Below are positions 26,903 through 40,564 of a DNA stretch of 64,000 nt, in pieces. Origin of the DNA: Negaprion brevirostris (taxonomy: Eukaryota); the NCBI GenBank assembly GCA_030324005.1, contig JARDVH010000169.1, positions 12,935,571 through 12,999,570 on the forward strand, read 5' to 3'. The notes beneath the pieces are model-generated. The model was not told the origin of the DNA. It did not search any database and saw only the letters and a program-made list of their open reading frames with translations. Every line of letters begins with the position of its first letter. The first letter of the stretch is position 1. Made by a program: the position numbers and the translations under genes.

Positions 26903-26978
26903 CAAATGTATGAAGCCAGCTCCTGTTAGCCATGTGCTTATAAATATAGACAGTAGATTCACCAACTTAATGGAATTG
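26903..26978 (-). CDS. KCNMA1: KCNMA1 exon 7 (S4-S5 linker and S5), (S)[25 protein letters not shown]
   Basis: 76 nt; acceptor tttttgacag|C, donor TTG|gtatgt; phase 2 to phase 0, matching exons 6 and 8. Confidence 0.98.
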
Positions 26979-27655
26979 CTGTCAAAAAGAGAAGAAAGTA
27001 AATACTGAATGGTATGTTTGAGAAAACATATCAAATATCAAAGAATATCAATATCAAAACACATGTGCATTTCCACAGTAACTGGTCACAAAGTAGTCAC
27101 TGGAAAATCTAAAAGGTATTAATTATTTCAGGGGAAAAGTTGCGAATTACTAGAAATTAAAACATCTAGAAGAGAAACAGAAAATACCGGGAATGTATAG
27201 CGGGTCAGTCAACCATATACTTTTAGAATACGTTTACAACTGACAAGTCAGTTTGATGTCTCTTGTGACAGTAGTTAATGTTTCTGTACTTATACTATTG
27301 CATTGCTCAGACTTCTTCAGGAACTTTCCTATATGTCCATACTAATCTTGACAAAGACCCGCCAACCAAAATATTAATGTCTTTCAGACATGGACAGGTC
27401 TCTGTATTTTTGCATGGCTTTCAGCATTATTTACTTACTCCAATTCTCGGAGTTTTACAGATGTTATGAGGATTAATAATTAAACTGTAATAGTATTAAG
27501 ATAATGGAGTGTGTTAACTGTGTTAAGAATTGGGGAATATTATGATTAAAAAAACAAAACTGTAATAAAATGAAAAGGGGATTGATGTATGTAGCTGTCT
27601 GAAGGGGTAGTCTGATATGTGAATTAGCACACCAGCGAGAAAAACAAGTGCTTAC

Positions 27656-27793
27656 CTTTGAGACTGGGGAAAAATAATGGTGTGTAGAAGAGGTGTCTTC
27701 AAATTGGGGAGATAAGGGGAATTGGCACATATATTATGAAATCCGGATCCCAGGGTGGTGAAGGGAAAGGATGATATATCCATTGCACAATTA
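27656..27793 (-). CDS. Candidate in-frame cassette exon of KCNMA1 in intron 6 (46 codons)
   Basis: Acceptor tgtgtccctttctccag|, donor AAAG|gtaagc; 138 nt, phase 2-2, no stop in the channel frame. No transcript evidence. Confidence 0.35.
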
Positions 27794-30700
27794 CTGGAGA
27801 AAGGGACACAGTAGAAGCAGCTACCAGGACAGCCACACTGACCTGCAGAAAAGTCTCCTCCAGAAACAAGGTATTGCTGAAAAGGAGCTGATTAAAATCC
27901 AAAACAGAAGAGACTATGGCCAGAATTTTCAGGCTCCCCACACCACCCTCCCTCCACTGCCAGCAAGAACAGAGAATTTGACACTCAGCCAAATCTCCAT
28001 TTACTGCAGAGGACTGAGGAATTGCAGCTGCGGGGCAAGGTCGGAGTGTCCAGCCCTATGCCTTCACTAAAACTGAAAATGGTTTTCCCAAACATGGCGA
28101 ATAACCTGTGTGTGGTAACCAACTGCTGGATTTAGCTCATAGAGTTATATAATGTTGGATGTGTTTGGGAGCAAGGAGCATCTCAGAGTTCAGGAAACAT
28201 AGGTAGTTGGGAAGTGGGAAGAAAGCGGCAACTTCACATGATACTGTGTGTGTGTAGCCATCAGTGTAGTTAAGTGTACTGCTGTGGTGTATTACAGTCT
28301 TTCCTGTCATGTGCTTTTCTTTCAAGTTAATAAATATTCTTTACGAATTGACCACAAAACGATAGGACCGTTCCTCCCCAGTTTGCATCTTTTCTCGCAG
28401 TATACCAAATTGAAAATATGCGTCACTGAGAACGATGTCTCAAGCCACCCTTCTGGATTCTGGAATACCCTTGCATTTCACATCAGCGGGTTCTTAACAA
28501 TTGTCAGCCAGCCAGAATATACAACTTCATTCCATACAAGTGGGATGAAAAGAGAGGACACCCAAAACCCCTCCCTGAGGAATGTGAAAGACCCCATCTC
28601 CAGTTGACTTTCACCACATTCGTTGGGAGCTGTTTATCTGAGATGACACATCAAAATGTAATTACCTATTATACAAACCAATGAGCACAAGTGAAATGGT
28701 AATAAAATTCCTCTAGAATATGTAGCCAGTAGGACTTTTAAGAACCGTTTAGCAAACCAGAGACAGCATAAGGAGAGATTAGAATGCTGTAGCAAAAAGC
28801 TTTAAGAAACCTCTCCTTCGTTTGAAAGTATTGCACCTGGATTTGCAAAGTAACCATCCTAAGAAAGAAATCTACTTCAAATTGATCTTTTGGAAATAAA
28901 ACACGTAAATCTACTCCATACAATCACGCTCAGGAAGACAATTGAACAATACAGCCACAGCATGGAATCGGTACATCAAGATTAGCCAAAAGACAGTTAA
29001 CTGGATATTTCTTTGGTTGTTTTATCATCTTCTTGCACAATAAAAAAACCCTTAGGTTATCCTCTCATCTGTACTACTGAGTGCGTGTGTGGGGGCACAG
29101 GGATTTTATGAAACAAATAAATGGTTGCAATTAGCCTACATTTTTTAATTCAGAAAGTAGGGGCATTAAACTGATCTTATTCTTTGTTTAAACTCAGAAA
29201 ACCAATCTGATTAATCTTTTATAATTTGCAAGTGTGGGCAGTGGTACACCTGCCATATCAGAAAAGCATATTCTTGCTAATTTTGCAAAACAAAACTCTT
29301 CCGGTCAGACTTGGAGTGGTAATAACAGCAGAGTTATTTTTATCCCCTCCACATGGCCATAACACAGAGCTGCATCACTGAAGCTTTGAGACTAAGTTGT
29401 CTAAATCCCTCTCCCAGCTGCCTTCCCAAATGAGTAATAGTGCACCATGGAGCTGAGAAATTGAAAATGACACATACCACCCGGTCATTAATGGGTACTG
29501 TCTTCATGAATCAAACTTTCTTATTGTTTTGAAAAGAAGCCTGGATAAATTTGCACAAATTTCCTTACAATTACTTGTTAGTAATCTGCTGGCACTTTTC
29601 AATGTCATTTATAGAGTTAGTAGCAATTATATTTGTAAGGAAATCAAAACCGGATTCCAATGTATTCTTTGATTCATAGTATACCCCTTCTCATCTTATG
29701 AGCTGAATATATAACACCACATAGACATAAATACCCACATAGAAATTATACATAAACCCACAAACGCACACATTACCCAAGTTGGGGCAAGAAGCCCTTT
29801 TCTCTGCTACAGATATTATATAATGCATAAGAACACATGAATATACCTAAGTGTGTGTTATATAAATATGTATTGACATTTTACATATTGACATGTTAAA
29901 AGCCTGTTCATTGACTTCAGAGAAAATGGCTCAGTAAGCAAGCAAAGGGATCGATCTCGATGTGGTTGGATGATGGATGTCACATTGCATTTGCAGACAG
30001 GCTGCAGTAGCTATGGGAGGATGGAGCAAGATGGATGAGCGTGACATACCAAAAATATTATTTATCTCCAATACGAGTAAAGATTTGTTCCAGATTTCTT
30101 TTCAAAAAACAACTCTCAAAGTCAGCAGAAAGCAGATTACCATAACTGCTGATGGTATATTTAGAAGGGCTGGTGATACCATCATTTTGAAGCCCTTTTA
30201 AGAAGGAGTTGGTATCAAGCCATCATTCCAGATCACCTTCACCAGTTATAAACCCTTTTAGGATTACAGAAGCTTTTAACTGCTCAAATTATCAACATTT
30301 ACAATCCTGCAAATTCAGAACCATTGCTACTCAACAGCCAATGAAAGAAAATATTTGTTGATGTTGTGTGACTGCAACTCAATTGTACTGTGAAAATTGG
30401 AAAGGTGAACGCTCATTACACATGTAGTACAACTGCTTTATGCAGGCCATAAGCAAGAGTGCAAAATATATTATATATATAATTAAGTAAAAACAAACCA
30501 TTGTTTTGTATTGTTAATACACGATGATTCTAATTATTCAATGCACTATAGGATTATGCAAGTCAAATCTTTTCAAGTTGCATAGTAATCAAACTAGATT
30601 AGAAACATTTTTTTTAATTTCATTGCACATAGATGTATGATGATTCTTCACATCAATTCTTGTTGATGGGGAAGTGTGTTGAAATGGATCAGATTTTCCA

Positions 30701-31924
30701 TCAGAGCAACTAAACGTGGCCCCAGGATTAAACAGAAACTCCTCAACATCTCTGCATAGCTATGATTCAAACAAGGTCTCAAACTGGCACGAAGGATCTC
30801 CTATTCTGCCCTGGACCATAATATTATTTGGTCAGGAGAAAAACAGTCCATTTTAAAGCCCTTTATAGTATGCTGCAACTTGCTTTGTTCCTACAACGTA
30901 AACTCTTATGCCACCCCATTCTGCAGAATAGCAGCACTGAAGTGCATGTCAGTTACAGGCACTAATTCTTCCCAACAAAGTCTGCAGACCTACTTGAATG
31001 GGTGAAGGGATCACTTTCTTGGTACAGGCAGTATTTCCATTAAGAAATTTTAATTGCATACGTAAAATCTCAAAATATTACCTGCAAGGCTTGCAGAAGC
31101 TAAAGCACATCACATCAGGAAAGAGAATGCATCTAATTATCAGCAGTACTTGTAATGTTGCATCACATAGTGGTCACACAGCTACCAGGCTGAGGATTAT
31201 TCATGTTGGTGACATTTTAAGTTTATTGTGAATAAATACAGTAATCAATCATGAGGACACAGTGACTGTTCTGNNNNNNNNNNNNNNNNNNNNNNNNNNN
31301 NNNNNNNNNNNNNNNNNNNNNNNNNNNNNNNNNNNNNNNNNNNNNNNNNNNNNNNNNNNNNNNNNNNNNNNNNTGTTCTGCAAGCTCCCTCACTTTAAAC
31401 AATGTATATGACATGAATGTGATACTATCGTCCCATGATTTATTCCCTCATACCAAGTCTACTGCATCATGTTGGCCTGCTAAAAACCTGCTCACTGACT
31501 TCACAGAAAATGGCTAAGAAAGCAAGCAAAACTCTGAGCGATTTGGTCAAGGTGATTTCTCTGAATAAGTCTGTTCGGCTTATTATTGCCAGTAAATTGA
31601 CATTCTGAGGGATGATTAAATCTGAACAAAGGAACTGAGAGATTCTTTGTCAACATGATGAACTGAATAATAGCTCATCAAAGCATGTACCCTCAAACCC
31701 CCACAGAGCAAGTTGGAGGAACCTTTACCACCATTATGTGTATATCAATGCGTCAGACACACAGTAGTCATATTTAAAAATGAGTACAATCCTAGAAGAT
31801 CAGCAACAGAAATCCAGCAATCAAAAAACTATGTTTACATCCCTACCTAAAAGGTTTCATGTAATTTGCACTAATTTGATATCACTGCAGTCAAAAGCAA
31901 TCATTTAGCTATCACTTAACATTA

Positions 31925-33020
31925 TAAGTAGACCATAAAATGTAGGAAAAGAATTCAGCCACTCGGCCTATCGAGTCGTCTGCGCCATTCCATCATGGCT
32001 GATATTTTTCTCATCCCCTGTTCTCCTGCCTTTTCCCCATAACCCCTGATCCCCTTATTTATCAAGAACCTATCTATATCTGTCTTAAAGACACTCAATG
32101 ACTTGGCCTCCACAGCCTTCTGTGGCAAACAGTTCCACACATTGAAGAAATTTCTCCTCATCTCTGATTTAAAGGTTAATCTCTTCAGCCTAAGGTTGCA
32201 CCCTCTGGTTCTAGTTTTTCCTACTAGTGGAAACATCTTGCAGTATCCTGTAAATTTCAATAAGATCCCCCCTTATCCTTCTAAACTCCAATGAATATCA
32301 ACCCAGAGTCCTCAACCATTCCTCATACAACACTCCTCATTCCAGGGATCATTCTTGTGAACCTCCTCTGGACCTTTTCCAAGGCCAGCACATCCTTTCT
32401 TTGATATGGAGCCCAAAACTGCTCACAATGCTCCAAATGGGATCTGACCAGAGCCTTCAGAAGTATATCCCTACTCTTGCATTCCAGTCCTCTTGACACA
32501 AATGCTAACATTGCATTTGCCTTCCTAACTATCGACTGAGCCTGTACGCTAATTTGAAGAGAATATGGAACAAGCGTGCCCAAGTCCCATTATGCTTCTG
32601 ATTTCCTAAGCATTTCCCCATTTAGAAAATAGTCTACTCCTCTATTTCTCCTCCCAAAGTGCATAACCTCACACTTTTCCACATTGTAATACCATCTGTC
32701 ACTTCTTTGCCCACTCTCCTAAATGGTCTGCAACCCCCTGCTTCCTCAATATACCTACTCCTCCATGTATCTTTGTATCATCTGCAAACTTAGCAACAGT
32801 GCCTTCAGTTCCTTCTTCCAAATCATTAATGTATATTGTGAAAAGNNNNNNNNNNNNNNNNNNNNNNNNNNNNNNNNNNNNNNNNNNNNNNNNNNNNNNN
32901 NNNNNNNNNNNNNNNNNNNNNNNNNNNNNNNNNNNNNNNNNNNNNGCAAACTTAGCAACAGTGCCTTCAGTTCCTTCTTCCAAATCATTAATGTATATTG
33001 TGAAAAGTTGTGGTTCCAGC
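31925..33020 (-). mobile_element. CR1 LINE ORF2 3' part
   Basis: LEPQLFTIYINDLEEG...KFADDTKI; KANAMLAFVSRGLE...LEHCEQFWAPY...KVQRRFTRMIPGM; FPLVGKTRTRG. Confidence 0.92.
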
Positions 33021-33279
33021 ACCGATGCAAAGCACACCGCTAGTCACAAGTACTGTTACTGACATCAATGTCATCAATTATCCCAAACTACCGTGCTTAA
33101 ACATTTGTGAGTAGCAACATCACTTAGGCATTCAGACATCAAGAATGATCATAAAGTTCATTTTCCGTATTTCTGAATTTCAATAGCTTCAAACATCATA
33201 AAACTGAGCTGAGTTTAGAAAAAGCGTATCCTGTCTTGATGAGATATTTTAATGTTTTTTTTATAACTCATGCACCATT

Positions 33280-33325
33280 ATCCCCCCCCCACCGCCACTG
33301 CCACTGCCACTGCCACCACCACCAC
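33280..33325. repeat. (CCACTG)n/(CCA)n microsatellite
   Basis: Direct reading. Confidence 0.85.
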
Positions 33326-33604
33326 AAGCAATTTTCTTTGCCACTGGCAGCCCTCCCACACCGGGGAAAAAATGATTCCACTCTCTCCAAACTTTCAAAA
33401 GTCAAACTTTTTCAGGTAGAATTAGCTAAGAAAAGACCGCATTAGGTCACATGGCCAAGAGTTTAATTGGTGGTTAAATGGGTTTTAAAGACTCAGGCGA
33501 AATCACGGACCTTTTTCCCCACAATGCAGGCTCCAGACCCACTTAACACCGAGACTGGGGTCCTGAAACCTATTGGAAAAGTCCTCATTCTGGGTGCCTG
33601 AAAT

Positions 33605-35260
33605 GGGGGGTGGGATTTTCCAGTCCTGCCGCTGGTGGGGCTCACTGATGGGGTGGCTGGAAAGTCCCAGTAGGAAGGTCTTTTGGTCCTTTGTATTCAT
33701 CTTGAGTGTAGAATTGAAGCCAGTGCAGAAACAATGAGGGCCAATAGCTCAAGCTGAACTTTCGGGAAATTGTGGGACGTGGAGGGGGAGAAGAGACACG
33801 TCAAGGGAGCTCAGCTGAGGAAGGTCAAGAGAACTTGTGGGGAGTTTGAAAGTTCAGGGTGAGAGTGAGTTCGGGAGGACATAAAGTTCAGCGGCATCAG
33901 TGGGACTCTGGAAAGAGGCAAGGCCCTGGAATTCAGAGGCATTGATGGGGCCCATTGCCAGAAGACTGGAAGGAGGGTGAGGGAGCAGGGGGCAGAGTTT
34001 AGAGGCTAATGGGAGGAACAAGAGTTTGGAGACTCACCTTGCCACATGGTCTATACCCTTCACTACATCTCATTGCAGAGAGATGACAAACTGCCTGAGT
34101 ATGGCCCGGGGAGGAGGAGCCCTCCTCAAAAGAAGATGAGGTGGTGCTGGAAGCCCAGGGGGATGCTGGGGAACGACAGGGGTATGCTGATGCGGATGGG
34201 AGGTGTGGGAGGCATGCCCATGGTACCCAAATAGCTGAAAGGTTCTAAGAGGATTAAAACCATGTCTGATCATCAGAAGATATCTCCTTTAGCTCTCCAA
34301 ACCATTTTGTGACTTCTGAGGGGAGAGTAGTACCATCACTGAGAGGACTGATCCTGCATTCACCCTGGCACCTGGATAGATCACAAGGGTCAGATCTTAG
34401 CTGTAGTCATCACTGTTCTGCCAGTACAGTGACTCTGTCAACCTAAAGCCTTGCAAGAAAGACAACCTCAGAATATGAGGATTGCAAAGATTCAAACAAA
34501 AAAGCTTTCATCTATCTGACCATTTACTTATACACCCCTGGAATGCTTTACAAAAAGTGCACTTTACTCACTGTGACGGCCACTTTAAGGTGACATCAAA
34601 ACATTTTAATCTTCCTCACCCCGCCACTGTGCTTTGACGCAACCCTGACATCTGCAGCAGAGGTGGAGGCAGCCAGCTGATTGCTACATCCTGATGCCTG
34701 TGATGACCTTGGCAGATGGTGGCCCAAGTCCTGGAGGGCCCCAGCTTACAAGGGTCTCCTGCTCGGGGATAGAAATGCCCTCAGTGGTTTGCAGAGCTGC
34801 AGTGGGTGTGGGCACAAGCAAAGAGGGGAGGAAACACTGAACAACTTGCACCTGTGGAGCGTCCTCAGGGGAGGTCCTCAGGATTTCTGGCTGACACTCA
34901 TCCTCTCTTTGAGTTCTAGAGGGCTTAGGCAAGGCTCCTACAGGAGATGGGGCACCTAGAGGGAGGTCAAGGGTGTCTTGATCCCACGTGGCCTAGATCC
35001 CGACAGTGCCTATCAGGATGTGTGGCCATGGAGTGCAGGGCCAAGCACAAATCCGGCAAGGTCTCCATGGTAGTTGTCAACCTTCCCATATTGGTCTTCA
35101 GTCACTTTCTTATTGGAGCCAAGACATTAGACAGAACACAGATGGACTCATCTATGGCGCTCTCTAGTCTGCTGAGATGCTCTTCAAGCTCAACTCAATG
35201 CTCCGCTGGCTCTCAGGTCAGTCAAGACTGTTTCAGATAGGACGGTGAACAGATTCCCCC
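33605..35260. mobile_element. Possible decayed PIF/Harbinger-type DNA transposon remnants, including a short TIR hairpin at ~33608-33668
   Basis: gggattttccag...ctggaaagtccc inverted pair; GC-richer unexplained sequence follows. Family assignment is by resemblance only. Confidence 0.3.
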
Positions 35261-35299
35261 ATGTCTTTGCCAATTGAAACTCTGAGCAAAATTCTTGTC

Positions 35300-38200
35300 A
35301 CTGAGCTCAACAAATCCCAATGAAGTTTGGCTCTGGGACTGAAAAATTATTTGGAAGAGTCATGGAGTCCAATTCAGTCCTCCCTCGACACCATTCATCT
35401 AGCTGTGGATTCTCACACCAACACCATTACTGACATCAAGACATCCCTCTCAAACCACAGCAACAGGATCTGCACAGAGTCCAAGCTTGACTTCACTGAT
35501 TACAGACAGTGTGTTGTCGAGGGTTCAAATTCAGTCTCGGAAAACTGGTCAAGATGACAAAACCCACACCCTGTTAGACTACCAGAAGGCAGCAAAGAAA
35601 CCAAAACAGTTTATGTTGGTTTTGTTCACAGACATGGTGAGCGAGGAGACTTTTCTCAAATCCCCAGATTAAATCAGATAGCATTGTACCCTTCAAGTAA
35701 AACCTTGCTCAGGCAAGCCCACAAGCCATGGTCGTATGGTTCCATTACTAAAAGGAGAAGGAGCTGGTTCTTCGGTGGGTAAAGGAGAATTGCAATGTCA
35801 CCTACCAAGGCCACTGAGTCAGGACTTACCCAGACATGAGTGCAGATCTGGCAAAGAGGGGAGCAGCATTTAACCAGATCCATGCTGCACAATAAACTTC
35901 AGGCTTATTCACCTGTCTGTCCCCGCATCACACGCAACAAAGAAGATCATTTCATTGACGTGCCAGACTAGGTGGATTCTTTCCTTCAGTGAAGTATATT
36001 AAATTCTTGACTGGTTGGGCCTGTTAAACGTGAATTTGTCTCTACTCTTGGACCGTATTCCAGCACTGGACTTCTAAGATTTATATTTGCATTGCCATTT
36101 AATGCTGTATATCCCTGCTTCTGTGAGGACATTTGGATTGAGTCTTTCAGGTATGGTCACAACATGAGGCTACCCCGAATTAACCTGAAGTGTTCGGCAT
36201 AGCCTAGTTATCCNNNNNNNNNNNNNNNNNNNNNNNNNNNNNNNNNNNNNNNNNNNNNNNNNNNNNNNNNNNNNNNNNNNNNNNNNNNNNNNATATAGTT
36301 TACACATCAGGGGCACACACTCTTGTTAACAAAGTTGCTTTATTAACAGAGGCTCGCCTTGTTTTATAAGAGTGAGTTTAGGATTTGACTTACAGTTTTA
36401 TTTAGTTAGTCGGCGGTGTGGAGGGTATGGGGGTCAGCGGGAGCAATTTTATGTTGACAGTAATCAAGGACCTCTTTTTGGCCATTCACATTTTGTTATG
36501 GATCCTCTCAGCCTTGCTTTCTTCTCCTTTCGGTTTACTGACCCGTTTGTAAAGTCCTTCTATATGGATGACTAGCTCAGGTGGCCAGGGTGGTATGGGG
36601 CTCTCAATCAGACTGATAACATGGAATGTTAGGGAGTTGAGTGGCCTGGTCAAGTGTTTTCACATCTCAAGGATGAAAACACCTTCAGGAAATGGACCTT
36701 CATGTTAACAATCACACCAGATTATGTAAAGGATGGCCTGACCAGTTGTTTAATTTCAGCTTTGACAGCAAAGTTAGAGTGGGCAATTTTGATTAACAAA
36801 CGAGTACAGTTCTCCCCCTTAAACAGAATTCCAGATCCTGGACGACATTACACTAGTTAGTGGCGCGCTTTTTCAAACCATCAGACTTGGTGGATGTTTA
36901 CACACATAACTGGGACAATACAACATTACATTGCTTCTATCCTCCTTTCCCAATCTAGACACCCACCATCTTACGTTTGGAGTGGATCCAAACTGTGTTA
37001 TAGATCCCAAGACTGCCACCTCTTCTGGAATGTTGAAGGCTCTTTCCACATTTATGATTCAAATGGGTTGTGTCGATCCTTGGCGTTTCCTCCACCATGA
37101 GGGATTTCTCCTATTTTTCTCATGTCTACCATGCTTACTCACACATTGACTACTTTTTGTTAGATAGAGCTCTTCTCCCCACAGCTATCAGAACAGCTGA
37201 GTATTCCGTCACAGTTAAATCAGACCATATGCCCCACTCCCCTGACCTGACTCTTATACCCAAAGCTAAACATCAGTCTCCATGTAGTTTTAACACAAAC
37301 TTACTGTCTGACAAAGATTTTTGTACATTTATATCCACCAATATAAATGTTTTTATCAAAACAAATAAACACAATTCCATTATCCCATCAGTACTATTGG
37401 GGACCTTCAAAGCCGTTCTCCACGGAAACATAATTTCTTACAATGCAAATATTAACAAAGAAAATTAAAACAAGCAGAATTGGTGGATTTAGTTTTAGAA
37501 ACAGACCGTCAAGATTCCATTATCTGCATTCCTGAGTTAGATGCAGAGAGGCAGCTTCAGAAACAAATTGACTTGTACTCAGCTTTACTTGTGGAGAATA
37601 TGTCACAATGGTCAAGAGAGATGTTTGATGAACACAGGGACAAAGCTCGCCACCTTCTTCCAACCAACTTCAGGCACCAGCTTGCTTCTCAGTTTATTGC
37701 CTAAGTCTACAACTTCGCCCATAATTCTATGACCGATCCCTCTGATATTAATTTGACCTTTGCCTCTTTTTACAATAGCTTTTATAATTCGGAACCCCTG
37801 TTAGATAGCATGGCAATGGTTAACATTCTAAATAATTTGGACATCCCTCTGTGGATGTGGACACGAGCAGAGACTTGGATGATCCTTTGCATCTGGATGA
37901 GAATACAAACTGTATTAAGTGATTGAAAGTGGCAAGGCCCCAGGTCCTGCTGGCATTCCTACAGACTTTTATTACAAAATTCTCTACTCAATCTTCAATG
38001 ACTCATTGGTTCAAGGTTGTCAGCTCCCAACACTTACTCAAACTCTTATCTTGTTCATACTGACAAAAGACAGGCCCTATGAAATGTGGCTCATAGCAGC
38101 CAATCTTTCTTTTAAACACATATGTAAAGCTGTTTACTAAGGTATTAGCATGTTGCTTGGAGTCTCGTCTTCCTGGTATAATATCTGATAATCAAACGAG

Positions 38201-40200
38201 GTTTAAGGGCACCATATTATTTTCAAATGTGCACAGTCTTCTTGACATTACATTTCCTCAACCTCCTCGACTGACACTGAAATTGGTGCTTCTCTAGATG
38301 CAGATAGGGCTTCTGGGAGGAGTGGGAGTGTTTACTATTTCAGGTAAATTTGGTTTTGGTTCAAAATTAATTTCATGGATTAGTNNNNNNNNNNCCTTTT
38401 CTACAACTCCCAGCCGCAAGTGTGCACAATAACTCTCTACACTCAAAATACTGCACCCTATCCAGAGGATTCTTTTGTCTCCACTCCTCTTTGCTTTGGT
38501 GATTGGAGACCTTCTCCACAGCCTTACAGTTGTTAAGGCTACTAAAGGCTATCAATCAAGCTGGCAGAGAACATTGTGTATCTTTATATGCTGATGACCT
38601 TCTCTTACATATTATTAACCCTGTTGCTTGTACTGACGACATTATGAATATTCTCAGCACCTTTGGCTCAATCTCTGGCTATAAATTGAATATTAACAAA
38701 AGTGAATGTTTCCCAATCAACTCTATTGCCAAGCAAATCCCCCCAGCTGCTTTGCTGTTTGGAGATCTGTTGCTGGTTTTCACTACTCGGGTGTGAACAT
38801 TACACACTTCTTTGCATCTCTTCATAAAACAAATTTTGCACTCCTGGTCAAAAAAATTGACTGGATCTGCACCGCTGAGGTAGTTTGTCTCTTCCCTTAG
38901 CTGGCAGGATTCAGTCTGTAAAAATTAACATTCTGTCCAGGTTCTTATTTTGTTTTCAACGTCTGCTTATCTTTTTACCAAATCATTTTTTGCTATGGTT
39001 AACAAACTGATATCGACCTTTAATTGGGCAGACAGGAGCCCTAGATCCTGTAGAGCAATACTTCAGAGAGGGAGATGGGATGGAGTACTATCACCGCCCA
39101 ATTTACTGTCCGATTATTGGGCAGCTAGTTTTCAAAAGATTTTAACATGTCATGATCCTGCTACTCACCCTGCCTCAATATGTGCCCTGCTAGTCTTACC
39201 CACCTCTAAATACACATCAAACCCTGTTGTGACTTCTTACATTACAAAAATGGAAACAATTTTGTTAATATTTTAAACTTACCTTCTTTATTGAGCCCTG
39301 TTTGTTAATCTTGCTTTCCAATCTTGATTTGGTGTTTGCCTTTTGGAGGGAGAGGGTACTGCAACATTTTATTGATTTAGTTGTAGATGGGATCTTTGCT
39401 AGTTTCAATGAACTTGCAGCCAAACTTAACCTCCATAAATCTAGTCTTTAATCACTATTTTCAAGCCCAGAGCTTTGTTCACTTTAATTNNNNNNNNNNT
39501 CATCCTTTCCTCAACTACCTCCAAACACATTATTGAAGGGATTTTGTCACTGCCCCAAACGCAGAGGTTTTATTTCAAGACTGTATGATCACATGTTCCA
39601 CTCCGAGCCTCTCCTCTCCACAAGAAAGGACTGAGAAGCTAAACTAGGACTTGACCTTGCAGGTGACAGGTGGGAGGAACTCTTCTTGGGGTCAATTCCA
39701 CAACCTGTTTTGCTCAGTCAAGCTCAATTCATTTTCAGGTTTTGCACAGAATTCACTTCACCAAGGTCAGGATCAGCAGGTTTATTTCAAACACAAACAA
39801 CAAATGTGACAAGTGTTCATTTGGCCTGCAGACCACATCTACGTGTTCTGATCATGCTTAAAGCTGGCCGGTTTTTGGTCATCCTTCTTTGACACTCTCT
39901 CCAAAACTCTAGATATTGACTTGCAATCTTGTTCTTTTATAGATATAATTGGAGTCCCATCTAAACTGGTCAATCTCAAAGATTGAGGCAGATGTATTGT
40001 GTTAGTTTCACTAATTAATTTGGATGTCCCCAACCCACTCACTGCTGCATTCTGGTTAGAAGACTTAATGTCCTTTCTTTATTTGGAGAAAACTAAATAA
40101 ACTATGACAGGATCCACTGAGGAATTTTCTGATAGATGACTGCCTTCTGTTTCTTTCTTTAAACAGTTAATTATTGTCGACTTTTAATATTAAAGTTTCT
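35300..40200 (+). mobile_element. Near full-length decayed L1-clade LINE (ORF1 ~35300-36000, spacer, ORF2 ~36570-40150)
   Basis: APE motifs ITWNVRE, DPWRFLH, YSHIDYFLL, SDHMP; RT motifs SGKAPGPAGIP, SLYADDLLL, SGYKLNINKSE; C-terminal HFQVLHRIHFTK...CDKC; coiled-coil-like ORF1 fragment and YPDMSADL. Many stops and frameshifts. Confidence 0.9.
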
Positions 40201-40564
40201 TTCTTTGTATTATTGTTTGTGTCTGCTTACTTTGGTTGCCTACTCCTTATCTCTTCTTGAAAACCACAGAAAAGAATTTTTAAAAATACATTCAGTGACT
40301 TGGCCTCCACAGTCTTACGTGGTAGAGAATTCCACAGGTGTCTGTAAAAATTAAATATCGGAGTTACAGAAACCCAGAGGATATAGAAGAATACAAACTG
40401 ATCTCTTATCTGCTTAAAATGCACAAGAAAAAGGTAAGATCCTTCATCAGAGCTCAGAATTGCTGATAAACTATGTTAATTTCCAACACCTAATTTCAAA
40501 GTGTGCATTTGATATGAAACTTCAAAATGTAGTAAACTACGAGGAACGATCGTACTAGGCTATG

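Noticed and set aside
28248-28607. 119-aa plus-strand ORF with an acceptor-like cttttctttcaag and some CpGs
   Set aside because: No recognisable domain, non-ATG start and no convincing donor; an antisense exon cannot be supported.
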